Source: an uncultured Enterobacterales bacterium (GTDB lineage Bacteria; Myxococcota_A; UBA796; CAJQPC01). Taken from it: a DNA stretch of 64,000 nucleotides. The position numbers and the translations under genes were made by a program. The stretch's first letter is position 1. The number at the start of each line of letters is the position of its first letter. Where the stretch lies: positions 19,259 through 83,258 of the forward strand of contig CAZCVP010000003.1 in the NCBI GenBank assembly GCA_964501915.1, in the 5' to 3' direction. This document shows, piece after piece, positions 36,324-44,600 of the stretch. Below the pieces are notes generated by a model. It saw only the letters and a list, made by a program, of their open reading frames with translations. It was not told where the DNA came from and did no database searches.

Positions 36324-38093
36324 CTACTCCCGAGAGCGACGCCGGGCCCTCACCTCTCCAGTGGTGGTGTGGAGCGCCTCGAAGATGTCGAAGGCCGGCA
36401 GGTCGACCCCGTCGCCGACGGCTGGCAGGTCCAGCTCCGCCACGACCGACCCGTCGTAGAACCGCCAGGTGAGCGAGTCCAGCTCCTCCTCGAAGGTGAA
36501 GGCGACCCGAGCCGGGCGACCGTCGGGGGCCACCTCCATGACCCGGGCCACCATGCCGGAGACCTCCACCCGCTCCCCCACCGCGAAGGGCGGGTCCATG
36601 GAACGGAGGATGCGCTCCCGCCACGTCCGCAGGAAGCCCCGCTCTGGCGTCAGCTCGACGGTGTGCTGGCTCGTCCGCTCCAGCCGAGCCGCCTCGAAGC
36701 CACTGTAGAGCAGGCGCAGGGACCCCGGGACGGCCTCCCCGGAGTAGGCCCGCATCGGGTGGGGGTAGTAGGTCACCACGTCGAAGGGCAGGTTCACCAG
36801 GACCACCGTCTGATCCGGCTCCGCCGGCATGGCGTCGGTGACCTGCATCGAGAGGCCTCCCAGGGCGGGAATGCCCTGGGCCCGCGTGGGGATCGCCAGC
36901 GGCGAGACCAGCCCGTGGAACACCAGCCAGACCCCGGCCAGCACCCCAGCCCCCCAACCGCCCCGGCCCTGGCGCCAGCTCTGGATGCAGAGGGCGATCA
37001 GGCCGAAGCCGCCCAGCGCCACCGGCGTCAACAGCCGGTCCTGGGGCACACCCGTCGCCAGCGGGATCGAGGTGATGGCCATGCCCAGGAAGAAGAAGCG
37101 GGCCTTGGGATCCAGCTTGATGCGGTCCGAGTAGGCCGCCCAGAGCCAGGCGAGCCAGAGGCCCGCGACCACCAGCATGATCGGCAGGGCGTCCGGGAAG
37201 ACCACGAGACCGTCCAGCGGGCTGGCCGCCAGGTGCCCCATGACGAGCACGGGGACCTGCGAGACCACCCGGGCGACGAAGTCCAGGGGCGCCATGACCG
37301 GGTCGAGGTAGTGACCCGAGCCCACCACGCCGTAGCCGAGCACCCGGTAGGCCACCCGCCAGGCGAGCACGACCCCCAGCGATGGCACGAGCGTGACCAG
37401 CCGCCGCGACAGTGGCCCTCGCTCCAGGCACAGGGCGTAGGCCACGAAGTAGCCGAACATCGCCACCCCCGCCTCGGCCGAGAGCACCGCGAAGACCAGC
37501 AGTCCGGGCGCCACGACGGCCCAGGTCCAGCCGCCTCCCTGGCGCCAGCGGTCGTGGGCCGCCACCGCGAGGGCCCCGAAGGCGGTCGCGATGAGCAGGT
37601 TGCGGCTGGCCACCCAGCCCACGGCGACCCCGTGCACGTCGTCGAAGGCGAAGAGGATGGCGGCCAGGCCCGCCACCCAGCCCACCCCGAGGACCTGGCG
37701 GTAGAAGGCGACACCGGCCCCCAGCATCGCCCCGTACCAGAGGAGCTGGTGGGCGTGGTGGCCCACCGGGTCCTTGCCGAAGACCTCGAAGTCCAGCCAG
37801 TGGGTGATCGAAGCCACGGGCCGCCAGAAGCAGAGGTGAAGGTCCGGGTGGGCCCACCAGGACAGCACACCCCTGTCCATCAGGCCCTGGCGGATCGTCG
37901 GGTCGTCGGGGAAGTAGCGGAACAGCGTCCAGGGTCCCCGCCAGTCTCCCCACAGTCCCTCGTGGGTCGCCCAGAGCAGGTAGTCGTCCGCCAGCAGCGG
38001 AGTCGTCAGGGAGCCGGAGGCCAGCACGACGGCCACCACCACGGCGGCCCAGGGCACCCAGGGCCTCGCCAACCTCGCGAGCAGACGGTCCAT
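36324..38093 (-). CDS. polytopic integral membrane protein with soluble C-terminal domain (possibly glycosyltransferase-39/ArnT-like)
   Basis: I placed the start at MDRLLARLARPWVPWAAVVVAVVL (38093). It has more than 10 hydrophobic segments, then a soluble domain of about 170 aa. The functional assignment is weak. Confidence 0.6.
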   Translation of the reverse strand: MDRLLARLARPWVPWAAVVVAVVLASGSLTTPLLADDYLLWATHEGLWGDWRGPWTLFRYFPDDPTIRQGLMDRGVLSWWAHPDLHLCFWRPVASITHWLDFEVFGKDPVGHHAHQLLWYGAMLGAGVAFYRQVLGVGWVAGLAAILFAFDDVHGVAVGWVASRNLLIATAFGALAVAAHDRWRQGGGWTWAVVAPGLLVFAVLSAEAGVAMFGYFVAYALCLERGPLSRRLVTLVPSLGVVLAWRVAYRVLGYGVVGSGHYLDPVMAPLDFVARVVSQVPVLVMGHLAASPLDGLVVFPDALPIMLVVAGLWLAWLWAAYSDRIKLDPKARFFFLGMAITSIPLATGVPQDRLLTPVALGGFGLIALCIQSWRQGRGGWGAGVLAGVWLVFHGLVSPLAIPTRAQGIPALGGLSMQVTDAMPAEPDQTVVLVNLPFDVVTYYPHPMRAYSGEAVPGSLRLLYSGFEAARLERTSQHTVELTPERGFLRTWRERILRSMDPPFAVGERVEVSGMVARVMEVAPDGRPARVAFTFEEELDSLTWRFYDGSVVAELDLPAVGDGVDLPAFDIFEALHTTTGEVRARRRSRE

Positions 38094-38192
38094 CCACACG
38101 CCGGGGAGTCTACGGGTTGGGTGCACTCCGGGGGCGTCAGCAGCGTGTCGAGGCGCCCTGGTGCGTGGTATGGTGCCCATCCGTCCTCCCCC

Positions 38193-38699
38193 ATGGACAG
38201 CCGCATGGATTCACGCCGAGACCTCATCAAGAAGCTCGCGGTCGGCGCAGCCGCCGTCACCGCCCTGCCCGCTCCCCGGGCACAGGCTGCACGCTTCGTG
38301 GAGTACCTGGCCCCGGGTCCGGACCCGACCTGGTTGATCGCCCCTCTGTCTGCCGGCGACGGCATCGGCCACGGGTGGAGGCTGCGCGGCATCTCGACCC
38401 CCCGCCGCGGAGCCGTGGTGCTGGACCTCGTGCACGAGACCCTGGCGCCGGTCCAGGTCCACCTCTGCGCCCACCGCGGAGCCCCAAAGGGCGTCGCCCA
38501 CAGCCACTTCCTCGACTTCGTGCTCATGGACGGAGGCCAGGGCGACCGGCGGACCGAGGAGTCCATCGGACGGGCCCTGCGAGCCCTGGCCCACACCGTC
38601 GCCCGCAACGAGCTGGCGGCCGAGTCCGATCCAGCCCTGCTCGGACGCCTGATGACCCACGGTGAGCGGGTCGAGCGCTTCGGCCCCGAGGCCCTCTGA
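38193..38699 (+). CDS. TAT-signal hypothetical protein, first gene of the HXS-like block
   Basis: MDSRMDSRRDLIKKLAVGAAAVTALPAPRAQA contains a twin-arginine motif (SRRDLIKK). Its stop overlaps the next start (TGATG). Confidence 0.6.
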   Translation: MDSRMDSRRDLIKKLAVGAAAVTALPAPRAQAARFVEYLAPGPDPTWLIAPLSAGDGIGHGWRLRGISTPRRGAVVLDLVHETLAPVQVHLCAHRGAPKGVAHSHFLDFVLMDGGQGDRRTEESIGRALRALAHTVARNELAAESDPALLGRLMTHGERVERFGPEAL

Positions 38700-39145
38700 T
38701 GGCGGAGGGCACGTCGGAGACATCCTCCCAGGAGCTGGTGTTCGAGACCGCTGAGCGGAGGGTCACCTTCGAGATCGACGAGGAGATCTACCCCCGCGAC
38801 GCGATCTACGGCGCGGCCTACCTCTTCATGGATCGCTGCTACCTCTTCCTGGGCCGCCCGGCGGATCGCATCGTGAGCGTGCAGCTCCGGACCCGGGGCG
38901 AGGCCGACGAGGAGACCCTGACGGAGCTGGCCGGCGAGTTCGCCAACGAGCTGCTCAACCAGGTCCTGCGCCTCCGCGTCGGCGAGGCCACCACCCGCAT
39001 CCGTGAGTACACCCTGGCCAAGGCCTTCTTCTCCGACCCCGGCCGCAGCACCATCGATGCCCTGCTGGCCGAGCTGGACGCCGAGGAGCTCGACGAGGAC
39101 CCCCTGGAGATCGAAGTGCCCTGGGAGACCTCCACGGATGGCTGA
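38699..39145 (+). CDS. HxsD-like protein
   Basis: 148 aa. The pattern IYPRDAIYGAAYLFMDRCY ... FANELLNQVLRLRVGEATTRIREYTLAKAFF resembles my recollection of His-Xaa-Ser system protein HxsD (TIGR03976, signature LLNDYxLRE followed by ...IR...AKAF). Not verified by search. Confidence 0.5.
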   Translation: MAEGTSETSSQELVFETAERRVTFEIDEEIYPRDAIYGAAYLFMDRCYLFLGRPADRIVSVQLRTRGEADEETLTELAGEFANELLNQVLRLRVGEATTRIREYTLAKAFFSDPGRSTIDALLAELDAEELDEDPLEIEVPWETSTDG

Positions 39146-39356
39146 GCTGACCTTCTCCCGCTCGCTCTACCGTCCCGATGCCGTCCAGACCGCCGCACGG
39201 ACCTTCGAGAAGCTGGCCCGTGTCGAGGTCCGGGTCGAGGAAGACCAGGTCGTGGTGGTCCTCGATGACCCCCACCCGGCCCTGGCCCACAAGCTGGCCG
39301 ACGAGCTGGCCAACCACGCCCTCCACCACACGATCGTCGCGGAGCGGGAGATCTAG
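39138..39356 (+). CDS. short HxsD-like paralog
   Basis: 8-nt overlap with the upstream gene. The 72-aa product is MAELTFSRSLYRPDAVQTAARTFEKLARVEV...LADELANHALHHTIVAEREI, which repeats the Y..DA...AA..F and EL.N.aL pattern of the preceding gene. Confidence 0.45.
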   Translation: MAELTFSRSLYRPDAVQTAARTFEKLARVEVRVEEDQVVVVLDDPHPALAHKLADELANHALHHTIVAEREI

Positions 39357-39503
39357 GAGGCGGCCAGGAGGGTGACGAACGTCCGCCACCCCCTGCCCGA
39401 CGCCCGTCACCCCCCGCGCGGTGAGACGCACGACGTCGCGGCTGCGGCAGCCCGGCACGGCGCTGGCACTCCGTCCCCCACGGACCCCAGCCCGGACACC
39501 GCC

Positions 39504-39965
39504 ATGCCCGCCATCGACCTCGAGCCCACCCTGGTCCTGCGGCCGATCCCCCCCGCGGACTCCCCCCGGGTCGCCGCCAGCTTCGACCCCCACGCCGGCG
39601 TCTACCAGCTCCACGTGCCGCGACCGCTCCATGCCGCCCCGTTCGCCATGACCCCGGCTGTGACCCGGTGGTTCCTGGATCGCCTCCTCCAGGTCCAGCA
39701 CCGCGGGCCCCGCCGTCACCTCGGCTGGCGGGGAGGCCGGGCGCTGGAGATCGCGACGGTCCACGAGCTCGGCAGCCCCATGATCCGGCTGCGACAGGTG
39801 GGACTGCCCCGCGCCGGGACCGGCTGGCAGCAGGAGCTGCGCTTCCCCGAGACCTGGCTGCTCGGCCTGCTGATCGCCCTGTCCCACGTCCACCAGAGGT
39901 GCAGCGAGGCCGGGACCGAGCGCCTCCCACAGCGACGGGGATCGGCGCTACCCTCGGCGCACTGA
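39504..39965 (+). CDS. hypothetical protein
   Basis: 153-aa ORF from the internal ATG, with strongly G/C-biased third positions. No recognisable motif, and the start is uncertain (the ORF extends to 39372). Confidence 0.4.
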   Translation: MPAIDLEPTLVLRPIPPADSPRVAASFDPHAGVYQLHVPRPLHAAPFAMTPAVTRWFLDRLLQVQHRGPRRHLGWRGGRALEIATVHELGSPMIRLRQVGLPRAGTGWQQELRFPETWLLGLLIALSHVHQRCSEAGTERLPQRRGSALPSAH

Positions 39966-39977
39966 CCCGGGAGGCCC

Positions 39978-41588
39978 ATGCCCGTCCACCCCGACATCGC
40001 CGGCACCGGAAGCATGGTGGCCGACGCCATCTACCTCACCTCCCGCATCATCGGCCCCGAGGAGAAGGCCCTGCTGCTGGCCCACGGTGACGGGGCCGCC
40101 GTGCATCGCTTCGTGGGGGGGGTGACCCTCAACCACCTGGGCTGGGCCCGGCTCCTGGGCCTGGAGGTCGCCATCTTCGGCAAGCAGGCCGACGACGAGG
40201 CGGGCCGCTTCCTCCGGGCCGGCATGGAACGGGCCGGCATCCGGGCCCACCTCGACCTGTCGGGCGGAGCCAGCTCCGAGGCCAACATCTTCGTGGCCCC
40301 GGACGGCGGCCGGGCGATCTACATGGCCCGCGGCGCCACCGGGGACTTCACACCGGAGGAGGTCGACGCGGACTTCGGCGAGCTGATCGACCAGGCGCCG
40401 ATGGTCACGACCGAGATCAGCCAGCTCCCGCTGGCGACGGTGAAGCGGGTCCTGGAGCGGGCCCGGGCCGCGGGCGCTCGGACCGTGGTCGACTTCGACG
40501 TGCCCCTGGTCGACGCCGTGCCGGCCCTCGGCAGCCGCGAGGAGCTGGAGGAGGTCCTGGGGCTGACCGACGTCCTCAAGCCGTCGCTGGCAGCCATGGA
40601 GGGCTTCGTCGACACGTCGTCTCCGGAGGCGACCGCGCGGGCGCTGGCGAGCACCTACGGGTGCCGCCTCGTGGCGATCACCGACGGCGAGCGGGGCTCC
40701 ACGGTGCTGGCCGGCGACACCCTGGCCCACGTGCCGAGCGTGGCGATCGAGGTCGTGGACACGACCGGCGCCGGAGACGCCTTCCTCGGCGGGTTCGTGG
40801 CCGGCCTCCGCCTCGGCCTGGACCCGGTCGCCGCCGCGCGCCTGGGCAATGCCTGCGGCGCCACCTGCTGCGAGCGCCTGGGGGCCTTCCCCGAAGACGC
40901 CGAAGCGTGCCGGGCCCGCATCCTCCAGCTCCACCAAGCCATGGGCGGACAGCCGCTCTGCATCGACGTGGTCGACACACCACCCCCCTCGTTGCCGGCC
41001 CTGGAGACCTTCTGCGAGACCGCCGCCACCGAGGTCTCGCTCACCACCCAGGACCTCGACCGCGCGGCCGTGGCCGCGGCGGCGGACCTGATCGCCGCCC
41101 GGAGAGCGCAAGGGAGCCGGGTCCACGTGACGGGAGTCGGCAAGCCGGCCTACGTCGCGGGCTACGTCGCCAGCCTGCTGTCGAGCACCGGCACACCGGC
41201 GACCTTCCTCCACGGCACCGAGGCCACCCACGGCAGCGTGGGCCAGCTCGAGCCAGGGGACGTGGTCATCGCGATCTCGAACAGCGGCGGGACCCGGCAG
41301 CTGGTGGCCTCGGCCCGGGCCGCGGTCGGACGAGGAGCCCACCTCGTCGCCGTCACCGGAGGCGCGGACTCCGAGCTGGCCGACCTCGCCGAGGTCGTGC
41401 TGCTCGCCTCCGTCGCCTCCGAAGGGGGGCCGCTGGGCCTGGCACCGCGGGCGAGCGTGCTGAACGAGCTGGTCGTGCTGATGGCCCTGTCGGTGGCCCT
41501 GCAGGAGCGACGCGGGCTCGATCGGGAGCAGTACCACGCCCGGCACCCGGCGGGGGCGCTGGGCACGGCGAGCGCCGGGCCGACCTGA
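39978..41588 (+). CDS. PfkB-family carbohydrate kinase fused to a SIS (sugar isomerase/phosphosugar-binding) domain
   Basis: 536 aa. Ribokinase-like motifs: GGVTLNH and VVDTTGAGDAFLGGF. The C-terminal SIS pattern is VHVTGVGKPAYVA...GDVVIAISNSGGT...LVAVTGG. Confidence 0.85.
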   Translation: MPVHPDIAGTGSMVADAIYLTSRIIGPEEKALLLAHGDGAAVHRFVGGVTLNHLGWARLLGLEVAIFGKQADDEAGRFLRAGMERAGIRAHLDLSGGASSEANIFVAPDGGRAIYMARGATGDFTPEEVDADFGELIDQAPMVTTEISQLPLATVKRVLERARAAGARTVVDFDVPLVDAVPALGSREELEEVLGLTDVLKPSLAAMEGFVDTSSPEATARALASTYGCRLVAITDGERGSTVLAGDTLAHVPSVAIEVVDTTGAGDAFLGGFVAGLRLGLDPVAAARLGNACGATCCERLGAFPEDAEACRARILQLHQAMGGQPLCIDVVDTPPPSLPALETFCETAATEVSLTTQDLDRAAVAAAADLIAARRAQGSRVHVTGVGKPAYVAGYVASLLSSTGTPATFLHGTEATHGSVGQLEPGDVVIAISNSGGTRQLVASARAAVGRGAHLVAVTGGADSELADLAEVVLLASVASEGGPLGLAPRASVLNELVVLMALSVALQERRGLDREQYHARHPAGALGTASAGPT

Positions 41589-41654
41589 GCGCGCTGGCGG
41601 GAGCGCCCGAAGCGCCGAACTCCGTGGTATCTTGCGCCTCCGAACCGGCCCTCC

Positions 41655-44600
41655 ATGACTCCTCTGTTCGCCCTTCTCCTGCTGGCCGGCTGCCCGGACC
41701 AGAACATCGGCCGCTACGTCGCGCCGCCCGTGGTGGCGATCGAGAACCCCAAAGAGGGCGACGAGCTCTACGAAGGCGTCTCCGTCGGCATGGTCGGCGT
41801 GGTCGCCGACGAGGCCTACTCGACCCGCCTCGACCAGCTCACCGTCCTGTGGCTGGTCAACAACGAGCGCGTCTGCGACGACGCCACCCTCGACGTCAGC
41901 GGTGTGACGGTCTGCGAGCACGTCTTCCCCGTCGGCGAGGCGGAGATCCTGCTCTCGGCGACCAACCCCGACGGCGAGGCCGACGACAGCACCGTGGTGG
42001 TGACCGTGCTGGCCAACGGCGCTCCCACCCTCGACATCGAAGCCCCCACCGCCGACAGCAGCTACTACAGCGACCACCTCGTCGAGCTGAAGGCCACCGT
42101 GAGCGACCCCGAGGACCCCTCGGAGGACCTCAGCGTCACGTGGGTGGGAGCCGGTCCCGACGAGTGGTCCGTCGACACGGACCCGACCAGCGACGGGACG
42201 GCACTGGGCTCGATCCACATGGAGAGCGGGGAGTGGTTCATCACCGCCACCGTCAAGGACACCGTGGGCCGGACCGCCCAGGACAGCGTGACCATCCTCG
42301 TGGGCGAGCCGAACAACCCGCCCGAGTGTGCCATCACCTCTCCGGAGAGCGGCTCCGGGGTCGCGGAGGGCAAGGCCACCTTCTTCGAGGGCACGGCCAG
42401 CGACGCCGACGTGGCCTCGGACATGCTGACCGCGGAGTGGAGCAGCGACCTCGACGGCCCGCTGGGAAGCTCCACCGTGCCGTCCGATGGCAACCTGACC
42501 TTCAGCGCCTCGTCGTTGTCCACCGGGGCCCACACCATCACGCTCCAGGTCGCCGACGAGGTCGGCACGACCTGCACCGACAACATCCAGTTCCTGGTCG
42601 GCACCCAGCCCTTCGTCACCATCACGGCTCCGACCTCCGGCGACACGTCGAACCAGGGCGACTCGGTGCTCTTCGAGGCCCTGGTCCAGGACCTGGACCA
42701 CGACCCCACCCTGGTGACCCTGAGCTGGTCGAGCACCCTGGACGGCGTCTTCAACGACCAGTCCGCCACCAGCGCCGGCGAGACCACCTTCACCACCCAG
42801 GCGCTGTCCGCCGGCGCCCACACCATCACCCTGTCCGCCATGGACCCCGAGGGCTTCACGGGCAGCGACTCGATCTCGTTCACGGTCAACGGGCTCCCGG
42901 ATCCCCCGGACGTGGAGATCACGCCCGACCCGGCGACCTCGGCCGACGACCTCAACGTGAGCATCGTCATCGACGCCATCGACCCCGAAGGCGACACGAT
43001 CACCTACGCCTACGCCTGGTACCAGGACGGCCTCGCGACCAGCCACACGAGCGGCTTGTTGCCCTCGTCCGCGACCACCCGCGGCGAGACATGGCGGGTC
43101 GACGTCACCCCGCACGACGGGCTCGGCACCGGCGATCCGGGCAGCGACACGGTGACCATCGAGAACGCTCCGCCCAGCATCGCGCTGGTCGCCCTGACCC
43201 CCGATCCGGCCGACGTCACCGACACCCTCACCTGCGCGGTGGTCGGCTCCAGCGATGCCGACGGCGACACCGTGACCCTGGCCTACGCCTGGACCGTCAG
43301 CGGCAGCACGATCTCCCACTCCAGCACGACCCTGAGCAGCGACTTCGCCAAGGGCGACACGGTCACCTGCACGGTCACCCCCACCGACGGCAGCGCCACC
43401 GGCACGCCGGTCACCTCCAACACGCTGACCATCGTCAACTCGGCGCCCAGCCTCACCAGCGTGAGCCTCACGCCGACCAGCCCCGGCGTCGGCGACACCC
43501 TCACCTGCACACCCAACGGCGCCTCGGACGCCGACGGCGACGCCATCTCCTACGCCACCGCCTGGACGGTCGGCGGGGTCACGATCAAGTCCACCGGTGA
43601 GACCCTCACCTCGCCGGACTTCGCCAGGGGCGACGAGGTGTACTGCACCGTCACGCCGACCGACGGCACCGACGCCGGCACGGCGGTCGACTCGAACACC
43701 GTCACCATCGGCAACACCGCCCCCGAGCTCAGCGAGGCCTCCCTGTCCCCGGACCCGGCCTACGAGGCCGACACCGTCGTCTGCACGCCGGGATCGTCCA
43801 GCGACGCCGACGGCGACAGCGTCACCTACACCTATGCCTGGACGATCGACGGCGGCAGCACCTCCGCCACCTCGAGCAGCCTCACGGGCAGCGACTTCGA
43901 CAAGGGAGACGACGTCGTCTGCCTCGTCACCCCCAGCGACGGCACCGACGACGGCACCACCGTCTCCACCTCGGCCCTCACCATCTCCAACACGCCGCCG
44001 AGCGTGGCCAGCGCGTCGATCTCCCCGTCCACCGCCTACGTCGACGACCTGCTCTCGGTCTCGACGAGCGGCTGGAGCGACGACGACGGCGACACGGAGT
44101 CCTACCTCTACCAGTGGTACGTCAACAGCTCTCCGGTGTCGGGCGCGACCGTGAGCACCTTCTCCGGCAGCTTCGAGAAGGGCGACGTCGTCGAGGTGAT
44201 GGTCACCCCCTACGACGGCACGGACAGCGGCACCGCGGTGACGGCCTCCGCGGTGACCATCTCCAACTCGGCGCCGACGATCGACAGCGTGAGCCTCACC
44301 CCGACCAGCGCCACGGAGTCCAGCACCCTGACCTGTAGCGCCAACGGCACCGACGACGCCGACGGCGACAGCGTGAGCGAGTCCATCACCTGGTCGCTGA
44401 ACGGCGTCACCATCTCGGCCACGAGCACCACCCTCGACGGCGGGGACTTCTCCAAGGGCGACGAGGTGGTCTGCACGATCACCCCCGACGACGGCACGGA
44501 CACCGGGACGGCGGTGGACAGCAACACGGTCACCATCGCCAACACCCCACCCGTGCTGTCCAGCGTGACGCTCGGTCCGGACCCGGCCTATGAGAGCGAC

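Noticed and set aside
35397-38192. The upstream about 930 codons of the 1100-aa plus-strand ORF 35397-38699
   Set aside because: This part is antisense to two well-supported minus-strand genes (the MYXO-CTERM lipoprotein and the polytopic membrane protein), and its translation is Arg/Gly/Pro/His-rich. Only the terminal 168 codons, from the ATG at 38193 with its TAT signal, are credible.
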